DNA from: Lytechinus pictus
Taxonomy: Eukaryota
Length of the DNA stretch: 64,000 nucleotides
Assembly (NCBI RefSeq): GCF_037042905.1
Contig: NC_087256.1
Span: forward strand, 5,022,001-5,086,000
Direction: 5' to 3'
Within the stretch, counting starts at the first letter, position 1, and each line of letters opens with the position of its first letter. A program made the position numbers and the translations under genes. Below are positions 38,415 to 51,700 of this stretch, piece after piece. The notes under the pieces were generated by a model that made no database searches, was not told the DNA's origin, and saw only the letters and a list, made by a program, of their open reading frames with translations.

Positions 38415-41400
38415 CTGTGATGAAGAGAAAAACAGACAAATAATCATAAACATGCGACTTTGAGGATTAGAAAAGGGACTCTGGCAAGATGTCCATTGTC
38501 TCCGTGCACTTTGGGTTACTCCAGGACCCAGTAACAAAAGCTATGCGTGGTTAGCGAATGATCGCGAAATGAAATGGCCTATATCAAGACCATTGTTGTG
38601 TGCGCATTTTGCTCAGTGACAGTAGACTTGCTGTGAACCGATCAGAATTGCTTTTCAAATGAGCGATCAATTGCTAACTATTGTGTTTAATACGACCGAG
38701 GACTTGCAAGCACCAAAGGGTAATACACGTTAAGAAATGAAACTTTTAAGTTTGCACTTTTCAGTGTCAGCACCTCTTAGGTGTGCAGTTTCGTACCATA
38801 AGTGAAACCAAACTTGTACTTTTGTGGTAGTACTGTTTGTATTCTCGTTTGCTCATTGAAAGGAAACATTAAATCCTGAATTCGACTGGTAACTATAATC
38901 CATAACCGATGTGCAATTGTTTCAAATTCATCAAAATGTAGAGTGCATTTATACAAATCAAATTCCAATGTTTTGGAAACATACTTGAAACTTTCAGGGA
39001 TCCAAAAGTGCATATGGATATTGGACAGACCAATTTAGGTACTATAGCACCGGGGGGGGGGGCACTCAGTATATAATGCATAGTGGGTATGTGCCGCGGA
39101 GGGGACCCCCATTTTTACACTCAAATTTCCGTTCCGAGGCATAGCATTTTTGTCTTGTTGAGAAAAAGAACAAAGAAAGCCGCTCCAGAGCATAGCATTT
39201 TCTTCTTCTCGAGAAAAAAGAAGGAAAAAAATCCGCTCCAGGGCTTCGCATATTTTCCGTTACGCCGTTCCGGTCGCAATTTTGGTGAAAAGCGGCCGCA
39301 GCTCGCTGTCCGACCATCGCCTCTGCGCTAGCGCGCCCGTCAGTCGTGCCGCCGGGCTAGCTGCAATAGGGATGCATACGCACTCGCACGCAGGCGACCC
39401 GTTCCAAGGACCCCCGTTTTCACAAACATTTGTAGTTCCGAAGCCTGTTCCGAGGACCCTCCTTTTTACAATGAGCCCGCTCCAAGGCCCCCGTTTTTTG
39501 TCTCGCCCGCGGCACACCCCTACCACTTTTTTGGTCGAGTGCCCCCCCCCCCCCGGGCTATAGCATAGCCATTGGCTCTCTAATATTCATGTTTTCGAAA
39601 TATCGCGAATGAATACCCATTGGTAGACAATGACTAGGTTGAACATCCTATAATTAATGAAAACTACAAACCTATAGTGCCGAATATGTATTCTACGTTC
39701 AGGCGGTATGCGTCACTCTCATCGGCCAAACGAAAGTTGTCATATATAGCTTTCCACAAATTCCCTTCCAAGTCGGTCATCTGTATACGAAGTCTATACA
39801 ATCCCTGGTATGTTATGCGATGGATGATATCATTACCAAGCCAGAATTCGTTCTTCAAATCACCAAAGCCATTCTTGTAATCAGCCCAGTCTCGATAGAA
39901 GTTTACGCTACCATCCTGACGTCGTTGAATTACCTTATGGAGAATACAAGGGTACGGATTAGGAAAAAATATTTTATATATATATATAACATTGGCTGCC
40001 ATTAAGCGGTATAATGGAGGTATTACATTAATATTGCCAAAAAATGCACGAGTCAACGATGAGTGCAGCAACTTAATTTCTATCCCATCTCTATTCGTTT
40101 TGACAAGTTGCTCCATAGAGCAAAAAGTTTGATACGATTAACATGATTAATATGACCATTTTATAGTAGATTTATCTCCAAACTCTGGAATCCTTCAAAT
40201 CTCTTTAAGGCATAATAAAAACTTCCTGCTTCCCAATTATGTACGTTTAAACAATATTTTGAATTACAACTCGCCTATATCGGGGATGAATAGGAAAATG
40301 CGTGTCGGTTAAGTTGCATTAATAATATGTCTCATATCAATGCCGTAAACTATATGTTTTATGGGTGTCATAACATACCTTGGCGTAAAATTTTCGAAAC
40401 TTTCGGTATTCTTTGAACCACCAACCTTTCATGTTCCATTCTTACCATGCTTACCCAGTCTCATTGTAGATTGTATATCAGTTGACCACACTTCTTACAT
40501 GTGTGAAGAAGTTTAAGTTTTCTTACCACCCACCCATCACCACTGTAAAATTTGCAATAGACATCAATAGGTTCTTCCTGTACAGTGCCAGCATCAAGGC
40601 AAATTCTGTATATTCCATCCGTACTCCCGCCTGCATCGTTGATTTCTGAGCAGTCCTTTGGCAACTTGTCTGAATAATTAAAACGATAATTATCATTATT
40701 CTTTTTAAATAAAGGTCGAAACAGTTACTTAATTTGTAACGTATATCTTAATTGGAGTGTATAATCTTGACACATGATCAAGATGATCTATGATCATCTA
40801 TACAGCTTAACTGGAGTGTATACTCTTTCTTCCCCTTGTACTTTTGCCATCAGTGCCAGCTAATCTCGGCTCCACACATACTTCTATACTTCATTCGTAA
40901 AACTTCATTCGTAAAACCTACCAAAACCACCTCAGCACCATTTTTAACCTTTTAACAACCACTAGAATGTGTCTTCATTTACCTCAGCTATCGACGATCC
41001 CCAACCTTAACAGAGGAAGAATACAAGAGAGAGAGAGATTGGCCAACCTTTGTGTTACGTAGCCCGAGTGTTGTTGGTCTAGTTAATCAACCTCTTGGGC
41101 AGAGGCGTCGATCCTGGGGGGGGGGGGGGGCAGGGGGGGGGGCGATCGCCCCACCAATGAAAATATTGGGGGGGCAAACATATCGTTTTGCCCCCCAATA
41201 ATTCCGCATGTGTAAAAAATAAAATAAGATTGTAATGTTACACAGAAATCAGCAAGCGAGATCGAAATACACAACTCGTTCTTTATTTGAAATCATGCTC
41301 AAAATGTCCGCTTTTCAGATTGGAATATAAAAATTTTCAGCTCGCGCTTCGCGCTCGCATCATTTCTGTAGCAAAACCCCATACTTTTCATGATTAATAG

Positions 41401-41833
41401 GTGAATAGAATGTCCCGTTTTCAGTTCTAAGCCTCAAAATAACTCGCGGTTCGATTAGCAATAATCTTTTGTTGGATATATATCTTGTTCTTAATTAAAA
41501 ACGTCCATTAAACTCAATTTTTTTCTGATCAAAATATCAAAATTTTCAGCACGCGCTTCGCGCTCGCATCTATTGTTTTTTAGATACCCATCTTAATCAT
41601 TGGTACCAAAAATGCATAGAATATCAAGCTTACAGGTCAGAATATAAAGAAATTTCACCTCCGGCTCTCGGCACTCGCATTATCTGTGTAGTGAGATATG
41701 TATCCTCATGACTAAACAGGCACCTTTTTCCTGTTATCAGATCAGTATACAAAAAAATTTCAGCTCGCGCTTCGCGCTCGCATTAATTTGTTGGTGAGAT
41801 ATGTGTCTCTTTCTCATGAGTCATATACATATT

Positions 41834-41866
<33 letters not shown>

Positions 41867-42204
41867 ATAGATATATATATAGGCATATAAGGGTGTGTGT
41901 GTGTGTGTGTGGGTGAGTTTGTTTGTTTTGTGTGATCGAGTGCCTTTGGAAAGTTGATTCATGATTCTGCCCCCCAATCTGAAAAATGGATCGACGCCCC
42001 TGCTCCTGGGGTATATAGTACAAAACTGATGTGATTTAAATTAACTATGGCAAGAATGACGATGTACATGTAACAATAAAACATGAGTGTAGAGTTATTT
42101 ACCTTGGCATTGAATACCGGTGTTGCAATGTAAGCAATGACATTCATATCCATCATAGGTTTCCATACAGGTTCCTCCGTGAAGACAGGGGTTGGTCAAA
42201 CAGT
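38173..42204 (-). CDS. EGF-like + fibrinogen C-terminal (FReD, ficolin/FIBCD1-like) protein (exons 42204-42103, 40669-40527, 39933-39672, 38414-38173; first exon upstream, uncertain)
   Basis: [15 protein letters not shown]...YECHC...TGIQC; FBG motifs [57 protein letters not shown]; phases 1,1,0,1 are consistent. Confidence 0.92.
39050..39557. mobile_element. Non-autonomous DNA transposon with CCGGG termini in a FReD intron
   Basis: CCGGGGG..GCACTC / GAGTGC..CCCCGGG termini, 8-bp TSD CTATAGCA. Confidence 0.85.
39672..39933 (-). CDS. FReD exon
   Basis: [35 protein letters not shown]... Confidence 0.95.
40527..40669 (-). CDS. FReD exon (start of fibrinogen domain)
   Basis: KLPKDCSEI...DGIYRI...DVYC...DGWV|GTAAG. 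Confidence 0.9.
41100..42002. mobile_element. hAT-like non-autonomous element with internal tandem repeats
   Basis: TIR CAGAGGCGTCGATCC / GGATCGACGCCCCTG; 8-bp TSD CTCTTGGG/CTCCTGGG. Confidence 0.85.
42103..42204 (-). CDS. EGF-like domain exon (phase 1-1) of the FReD gene
   Basis: [34 protein letters not shown], not in the ORF track; CTAG acceptor, AAG|GTAAAT donor. Confidence 0.88.
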
Positions 42205-44491
42205 CTAGGATAAAATAGCATTTCAAAATTCAAACTGGAACTTAATATTCAAAATGCAAAAACCACCCTCTGACACGTGTAAACTATATTGTTTTCGAAT
42301 GGAAATATACAATGAAATCTGAGTGAACATTCTACTGCAAGGATTTAATTAAACCACACGAAAAGTTACGCCTCTGATTCAGAAACATGAAATTCATCAA
42401 TAATTAAGATTCAGATCCAAGGAAGAGACGATGTATTTTGAGAGTGAAGCCAAGGAAACTATTTTACATCGTGGTGTAGCAACAAACCTTGAATTGCGAG
42501 GTGAGAGCTTTTGGCTGAAAGACTATAAACTGAAATGTTGAGATATTTCTATATATTTGGATCAAAATTTGACTTTCAGTTACGAACTGACAGCATGTCT
42601 AAGTAGCCCTGCCAGAGACCCCTTGACCTGTTTTCTAATACTGTCTGTCATTTTTCTCCACTCCCGGGGAATCCTGGAGGTGGGTTCAGCTCAGAAGTCT
42701 GAGCAAATGATAAAGATGTATATAGGTAAGAAGAAACATGAACTAGAAGTCTACCAACAAATCGAACATACTAGTTTTCGATTCACCTCGGCGACTCCTC
42801 GTAGGCGTATTGGATTCAGCCAAGTTGAGCCAATTTAACTTTTCCACTCAGGGACTACACTGAGATGGGATTTCAATTTAGCCGTGACATGTTGCCACGT
42901 AGGAAATAAAGCTATAAATTATTCGCACTAGGAAAGTTACCTGGTTCAGAGCATATCAGATTCAGATCAATTCCTTTCATCTCGGGACGATCTGCCAACT
43001 GATGATCACGTGGTAGTCGTTTAGGCACCATTTGGATGACGTCATCAGAATCTGGCGCTCGCATTGAAGGACAGGAGATTTGCGTTAGCATGGGACAAGT
43101 ACCGTCATCGACTGTTAATGCTGCATTAAATGAAATTTAGTAGACCACACATTGTAACTTTTTCATTGATTAAGGGTTAACGAGAAGAATCGGGAAATTC
43201 ACCATTATAATTGGTATTTCTATGGTGACAAAATGAGAGCGTCGACAACTAATAACGTTTAACCAAATGGTAAATATTTAAATAATCGGCCGTAAGAGAT
43301 TCAATATACACTTTATGCATCTCTTAAGAATCCATAATTTTTATGCACAGCATTTTGGTAGAAAAAAAACGTATGAACACATCGTTTTTGCCAGGGAAAT
43401 TTCCAAACTCTCTGAACAGCTGTAGTCCAATGTCTGAATGAGGGATCAGAATTAAAAAAAATGCCTATTGTGTTCCATAAAAGCTACACCAAAATATTTG
43501 TCTTGCATTCTTGAATCCCCCAATTAGAAATTATCATAAAAAGAGCATCCAAACCGAATTGGTCTACGAGCCAGCAAGTATGACGTGTGTACTATTAACA
43601 ATTCTTGTACAGCACTTCTTATTAAAAATGAAAAGTGTTCGATTCTTACCACCATTAAATATCATCAATCTGGGCAGAACCAAGAGAAATACGATGAAGA
43701 AAATCTGAAAATAAAGAGAAAATAAAATTCTGCTTGTATGGTCAAACCAAGGGGGAAAATATGATATGGTATGTTCATGAACATCATAGACCTAAATACA
43801 AGAGAACTATGATCATTTTACATAAAAACACAGACAGAATAATCGCAAGGTAATACGATCTAAGCTTCAAACTACAGAGTTTGCCAACCTGACCACCTTA
43901 CATTGTATTATGAAAATGTCATAAAATGTGAAACAGAAAAGACTTGATGAAATGAAACATTGACTGAGTTAAAGATTGAAAGTATTCATTATTTAATCAT
44001 AAGTAATATTTCACAACTTTTCATCTGAAAGAACAATTTGAAATGACAAGATGAGAGGGTCGATAGCTTATTGCAAATATATTAATTTTGTCATATCTGA
44101 ATACTTTCTATTCAACTTTTACAGGAACACAGCCCTTTCTGAATCAGAATAGGAAAACGGAAACAAATGTGATTAGATTAGATATATCAACTGACTAATA
44201 ATCTAGTTGCTATCACTATTTTTTTTTAGATTATTAAACAAAGATAAAAATGTGGGGGTAAAAAGGGCCACTACGCATGTGAATTTTTCATATCGCATTT
44301 GCGGTTTATCATTTCCCAAATATTTGGTACGATTATGAAAAAAGGGACTGTCAACGGTTTACTTTTTCGTGAAAGAATTAATTAAAAAATAAAAAACGTG
44401 GAAATGCGTTAATTTGGTATGCATGACCAATTAAAAGGGATCATGTGTTTAGGATGGTTTTAAAACCGCTAATCTTGCGTTTTCTAGTATA

Positions 44492-45482
44492 CAGTGCGTA
44501 TCAAAAAAAAGTTTACACTTAGAAAAAATCCTGTAAAATGATACATTTGTAATATCCTAAAGATTTTTCCACATTTTAACATTGGTACAGATCCATTTAA
44601 GCAAATGACGATATAACTGTCGAAAAATATTTCCGCTTGAGTGAGCACCACTTACTTTTGAAAAGTTAGTGAAAAATGATTTGCGCAGAACTTTGAAATA
44701 GTTATGCATATAAAAGTAGACCTTAATCATGAAGAACACATGGAATTTAGCTAGTAAAATTGATTTGAAGATATCTTTTACCTTTTTAAAGTTGTTTCCT
44801 TGCCCAAAACACTTAGGAGGGTGCATTGCGCCCCACCCCACTCCCCCACACACCGAGGCCATCGTGACGATATTTGTTTTACAATGAGCTGTAATTTACA
44901 TGAAATGGCTTAGGCTTGATTTTCATTTTGTTAATCATTGTCAAGCTTGGGGAAAGTGTGGAGAAACAAGTATTAAATGAAAAATGAAATGTAAACCCAC
45001 TTTAGATAATAAAAACTTAGTGAAAAAAATTATAGAGATGTATGATATAAACTTTTTGTTCAGATTCAGTTATGTCCTCAGATCCAGCTGGCACAAAAAG
45101 GGTAAATGTTGTGCTTACTAAGTGTTGAAATTTCAATTTGGGTGGCAAAATTGTTTTAAAAATCCTTGAATGTATCCGTTTTATTTCAATTGACTAAAAG
45201 TGCAAGGGAAATGTATGAGAAATGTTTCGCAGGGTAAGTTTTATTTCGCCCTTTCCTCTTGACACAGCGTGAAAACGAGCATTTCTGCGCAAACAGATTT
45301 CTGCGAGCTTTACGAAAATGGACAGTGCTCACTCAAGTGTAACATTCTGTCAAAACTTTTACTTTCATTGGATAGATGAGACCCAAACCCAAGAATATAT
45401 GTGAAAAAATTACCAACATGTTGTACTGTATATTAATTCCCAGTGCTTTTTCAAAGTGTAAACTTTATTTTTATACGCACTG
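44492..45482. mobile_element. Tc1/mariner-type non-autonomous element
   Basis: CAGTGCGTAT..AAAAAGTTTACACTT TIRs, TA duplication; partial copy at ~47115-47350. Confidence 0.88.
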
Positions 45483-45624
45483 TAGTTTAGAGTCCCCCTC
45501 CCCTCTTTTTCTATTCTCTCTTTCTCTTTGTCATGATGACACTTCAGTGTTTTGTAATATTGTGTCAATTTTGTAACAGGTAAACAATTAAATTATTATC
45601 AATCAAGAAATGAAAATTACTTAC

Positions 45625-45713
45625 CATTTTGTTGGTCGTTTAAACGCTGATCTGTTGATGAGATCAGATGAATATGGAAATATATCGATCGAAATCACTA
45701 CAAAGCAACTCAT
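45625..45713 (-). other. Candidate first (signal-peptide) exon of the EGF-FReD gene, out of phase by a 4-bp duplication
   Basis: Strong donor ATG|GTAAGT at 45625, ATG at 45713, TATA-like TTATATA at ~45803-45809; removing one TCGA from TCGATCGA (45685-45692) restores phase 1. Confidence 0.4.
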
Positions 45714-48600
45714 CCAACAAACAAATCTCAGATAGTTCTAAATAACAGGTTTTGCAGTCGAACGTACAAGAGGATTTAGATTGCATTTGCATTGTTGATG
45801 ACTATATAAGGTTTATGCTACAGTCGCATCAACGAAATAGACTCCTAACCGATGAATGAAGCGCCAGTGGTAATAACTTTGATCGGTATATAATCAATTT
45901 CATTACTGTGACTTGGTATAATGGGCATAGCGGTGCGGGGTACATATTCGAAAAGTGAGTGTCTCTTACATAAATTCTCCAAAGCTGATCATTTATTGAT
46001 TTCATTATCATATTTTATGCTATAACCTTAACCGTTTTGTTGTGCCTATTCCTACCCGTTTCCATACATGACGTTATTTTGAATACCTTGCTTTATATAC
46101 CATGGCTTGGTTGGGCACGTCTATTCTTTCAACTTCTCATTATCTATTCATTATATGCGTATCGTTAACATTAACGATTCAGATAAATTTAGATAGAGAG
46201 ATAGATAGATAGATAGATAGATAGAAAGCCTTCATACAAAATATCATGAACATCGAAGCCTTGTTTAATTTTTTTTTTCAGTTTTGTGCATGGATTTAAT
46301 GTTAATGAGAATATGATTAGTGAGGTTTATTTCAATTTTGGATTGCTTGTGTTATTTTTTCGTTTGATTCGATATCCAATTTAATTGTCAATATTGTTAT
46401 TACCATATCAATTTTTATGATTGTAAACAAATATGTTGTTTTCCATATTTTATCTTAAATTTGCCATGCATCTACTGCTTCCCATTCCCTATTAACGTAT
46501 CTCCTTCACCCATACCCTACTGTTTTTCACTTTTTTATTTCGACAAAAAGTAATCAAAATTGAAATCAATATGTTGGCCTTGAAAATTGAATAAGCCATC
46601 AATTTCCCATAATCCTATAGCAGTTGATGTCACTTTCCTAGTCATCGTCCAGCTCATGTATATCAATATTCATAGATGCACTTAACAGGCCCAATACAAT
46701 GTATTCGAACTCTTTGATAAGGGTCGATCGACTAATATTATCAACGATACAATTTAGTAATTGATAGGCATAGCCTATGGGTTTTCGAGAAAAAAAAATG
46801 TTTAGAAAAGCAGACTTACACCAAATCTCTCCTATTTGTCATATTTGAGTATTGTAAAAAAGGCCCAGAGCAATATGTAGTTCAAGTATTTTTCTTCGCA
46901 ATCAGTGAAAGTGATTATGGTAATGTACGTCCACGTCAATGTCCCACTCCCTAAAAAATGAATAAATGATAATATAGATAAATTAATAACGAAATAAAAA
47001 ATAATGTCAACGGAGCAAAATTGATTTGTTCATGCTTTGATCCTATTCCGTATTCCAAGGGCAAGGAAACATTGCCTCTCAATCCCATGTACTCCATAAC
47101 ACACTACATACACGGTTATTTTGCAAAAAAAGTTATTTTTTATACATCATGACAAAGAGAAATTGATAATTATTCGCATAACTATTTCAAAGTTCTGCGC
47201 AAATCATTTTTCACTAACTTTTCAAAAGTACGTGATGCTCACTCAAGCGGAAATATTTTTCGACAGTTATATCGTCATTTGCTTAAATGGAAAAATCTTC
47301 AGGATTTTACAGGATTTTTCTAAGTGTAAACTTATTTTTGATACGCACTGTATATATAACGAATTCCTCTCGAAAATGTTCTTGTTAATACCTTAGATGT
47401 TCCAAATAAGCCATAGCTAGGGTAAAACGATCATGAAATTAAGCAGAGCATTTGTATATTATTTTAGAATATAATTTCCTACTCTTGACCGGAAGTAGTA
47501 AAGGATCTAATAAGGATTCTTCTCTATTTTGATCACCGTAATACCACCACAAAAGCAAATATTTGTTCGTAAATCTATCTTTACTTTGGCTGATGCTCTT
47601 GTGTAGCTCGAAATAAATCACCAAGAGCTATTTTGGGGAAAACGAATTCCGGTAATATGGACTTATCTAAAAAAAAATATACGTAGACGCTCCATATAGA
47701 ATTCTGAGCAGCAGCCTTTTGTTATCTTATTTCGAGGAATCGGTATGATGAGCTAGTAGATAAAGATGGAAAAAAAATAAAAACAGAACCTTTTTTATGA
47801 TCTCATAGGGTGGAATTGTAAAGGAAAACCTATCCGATCATGCAAATTGTAAGACCTTTTATGATTTTGCATGAGTTTACATCCTATCTGAAGACACTAC
47901 ATCAAGTCTTACACTTCTAATATGAACTATATAATTTCTGCCTCCTTTTTATCGACGATAATTTTATCAAAAATAAGATTGATTTTAGTTTATTTATACC
48001 TTGGCTACACTTATTATGTTTCAGGGGTTGCGTCTGGATTTGATAATTCAAATAAAAAATACAGAATGCTAAAGATTTCATGAAAATAGGATTATCAAAA
48101 AACATGGTTATGGTATGCATGAAGTTATTTCCTTGCCATTATTACCATGCTTGGTGGGGGAACTTCTGTTTGACTGAGAAGAAAAGTACGACCTGAATAT
48201 TTATTTAAAAACACATAGTAAAATTAAACATGCGAAATGCTGAAGATTTCGTCGAAACCAGTTGAAAAACTAAGATATTGTATTATAAAGTTAAGCATAA
48301 GCACTTTGGTGAAACATTATTTCGTATGCATAGGATAAATAATGTGATTATGAATAACTGTAGCATATTTGGAAAATGATCATGAAAATACTCATTAAGT
48401 GGATCACCTCTTCCAAAAGCGTTTCGACTTGTGCACTTCCGACTGCGGTCTTCAAAGTAACACGCATGATGAAAATAGGTTTTGATAAGTAATCTCTTTA
48501 AATGCTTAATAACCTTATCTTACACCGTCATAACTAACGTCATTGGTGGCCTTTTCTTGAATAAATATGAATAACTGATTATTGACATCTTTGGTATTCA

Positions 48601-48608
48601 TATAAATA
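48601..48608 (+). promoter_or_regulatory. TATA box of lipase C
   Basis: TATAAATA 88 bp upstream of ATG; WGATAR sites at ~48483 and ~48515. Confidence 0.6.
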
Positions 48609-48688
48609 GGGATAGAATTCGAGTATAATAGTATTTTTACTGGAGTACAAACAACGAAGCAATATCTTTTCAATTTGGATTATCAATC

Positions 48689-48749
48689 ATGGATTTCCCC
48701 ACTCATATCCTACTTGTTTTCTCATCTTTACTGTTCATGCTGTTAGGAG
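48689..48749 (+). CDS. Lipase C exon 1 (signal peptide)
   Basis: ATCATGG start context, hydrophobic 20 aa, GAG|GTAACC donor, phase 1. Confidence 0.85.
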
Positions 48750-51700
48750 GTAACCCTTTCGTTCTTAGTTTATCCTGTTCGTTAGATATATGTGCGACCA
48801 AAGTACATGTGTGTAATCGTTTTTATGATTTTAATTTTGTAATTGTGGGTTTGGCATTGAGTGTATAAAAATGTAGTAAAGCTTTGGCATTTCTTTAATT
48901 TAAAAGAAAAAATCACACAACTCGATTGTCTCGTTCTGAAGTTTTAGCCAAAATCGTCTGGTTATTGAACAACACCAAGACAGTTCACCGCTCATTCTTG
49001 TCCTGATAGTTATGTAAAAAAGGGTAAGGAGGTATTAATTTCATCCGTAAAAATACATTGTCTATTGTCAAAAACTATATAAGATCCATCAGTTCCATTT
49101 TTGGAGGCAGTACCTGACTCTGCACGAGATCTTGATGTCTGTATAGGCCCATTAAGGACGCTCGTCTCTTTATCGGTGCTAGAACGTATTCTTTAGACTG
49201 AGGTTCAGTAGGCATTGGTAGGGTGAGCCATGCAGGGGTGGATCCAGGATTTCCCAAGGGGGCCATTTTAACTCAGAATTTTTTTACGAGCAAAAAAAAG
49301 ATCTTCACTCCCGAATGAAGAGGATTTATATCCCAAAGAATTTGACAAGCACAAAAGGGCCCTTAATTGTGACATTTTCCAATATAATCATTCTTAAAAA
49401 GAGGAGCACATACACTTTTTTGCTTGTCAAATTCTTCCCCGCCAATGATTGTGTCAACATTGGTTCGGCAGTATGGTATGAACTTCCAAACCGTTGTCTG
49501 CCCAGAAAGTTCCAGCGCCATTACCTCTATAATCTCTACCGATTTCCTCCATTAATTTCAACATAAAAATGCTTTCTATTTTCTCTCAGAGGTCCTTTTT
49601 GATTTACGATTTAATTATTGTTCTGATCTTACTTCAGTATCCTGTCGAGTTTGTTACGATGATCTTGGATGCTTTGGTACATCATTGGCCTGTCACTGGA
49701 GAAACCCGGATTCTCCGGCCTCGATCGGGACCACATTCACGCTTTACACCAGGCAGAATAGATACACGGGAGATTCCTTGGATCGTACGAACTATGCCAC
49801 GATCTCCTCGTCGTCCTTCAGGGCGAGTCGTGACACCAAACTCATCGTTCACGGCTGGACTGATAGCATGACCGGTAGCTGGATAACCATGCGAGACGCC
49901 CTCCTTGATAACGTAAGAAATGTTTGAAATAATTAGAACTTTACTTCAAATCGAAAGAATAGGTCTGATGTTTTGCTGCTGTTCTAGTAAAAATTCGACA
50001 CAAAATAGGTCAAAAGGCAAAAATTGTAGAAAAGTTGTACTGTTTAAGATAACGCGAGACAGAAAACTACTCCATACTAATCGTAATCGTATAAGCGACT
50101 AATCAATACTCTATTATGACCAAGGAAATGGAATTGCTTCATCAAACGGGATCGCCGCGTTTTTTCTGTTAAATTGAAACTTTTTAAATTGAAATTATCA
50201 TTATTTTAGTAAAATGTAAAAAAAAAGAGGGTGCACAATTTTATCAAAATGACACAATCATGAGCCAGGGAGAAAAAAATATATCCTAGAATCCTGCTCA
50301 ATAAGAGTAATTTTGTTTGAATAGTCAACTGAATAGTCAAAAAGTCAACTTGCAGAATTTCAGTTTATTAAGATCTAACTTAGATCATCTTCAGTCGTGG
50401 AAGTGAGAATTCGCTCCATCAATTTTAAAAGAGAACATGGTGGATTTCTTTCTTTCTTTTTTTTATTAGATATTGTTTGCGTTAATTGAAAAATGAAAGC
50501 TCTGCACATTTTCTCAAAGATAATTATGGAGATTTCTTAGCAAGAATATACATTAAAGGGAGTACCTTCAAGGCTAACCAGTTGATTGTTTTAGCCTTTA
50601 TGGGTTTTTTTTTGTAAGGCATATTAGCATGTCTAGTGTCACATTGAAATGTCTAAATATGGCGAAAGAAATTGATAGTCACGATTGTTTATTTTGTTCT
50701 AATTGTTAAGTTCGATAACTTAAACTCTCAATGGATTTTTGCTGTAACTGCCCTCCAAATAAAAGGTTTTGAAATTTTAGAAGAAAAAAAATCATCGCTT
50801 GCTCCCTATTCAACTTATACAACCCTTTGACCATTGTTCTACTATCAAGGCTGTTGCTGCCAAGCTTTACCTCGAAGCAACAATTGATCTGCTTTTTATT
50901 TTAAATGAACAAGGGATGTACGCTTTCACGTTCATATTTCGATTTAATTTTTCAGTACGATGTCAACGTTGTGATGGTTGATTGGTCGGACGGTGCATTA
51001 AAGGGATACACTCAATCTAGAGCTAATACTCGGGTCGTCGGCAGGGAGATCGCTAAGCTGATTGAAGCTTTCCAAGCTGTTTCTGGGGCTACCTTCGACT
51101 CCATGCACATCATCGGACACAGCCTGGGCGCCCATATCGGGGGTTACGCCGGGGAGGCATGCTCTGGAACCATCGGCAGAGTATCAGGTACATTAGTAAA
51201 GTATAGATGGGATTTCGGGGAACTTGCCCCCAGAAAAAGTTCCATGACCGAGAAGAAAAAAAGTGTCATTATTTTTTGCTCGCTTCCCTCGCTTGCTAGA
51301 AATTCACCCACGTACGCCCCTCAAATTGTTGGCATATTGCGCCATCTATTTAAAAAGAAATGTAGAATTTCTGCTCGGCCACATTAGAGGTTTAGTTTAG
51401 TTTAGGCCCTTCTTAAAACAGCTGAAAGAAAAATGATTTGGGCATGGTTGATACAATCAACAAAAAGAAGATATCAAAATGAATGTTTTCTGTTTAGGGT
51501 TCCTGTGTAGAAATGGTGTTCTAATAATGCTTTAACGTACAGTATGTCATTTGAGCATGATCATGATGACTGTCAAAAAGGTTTAGCGATTAATCGCTAA
51601 ATGAACTGACATATCAAGACCTTCGTTGCATGCGCAATTTGCTCAGTTGACTAACTAGGAACCAATCATAATCGTTCTTTCAAATTAGCGATTAATCGCA

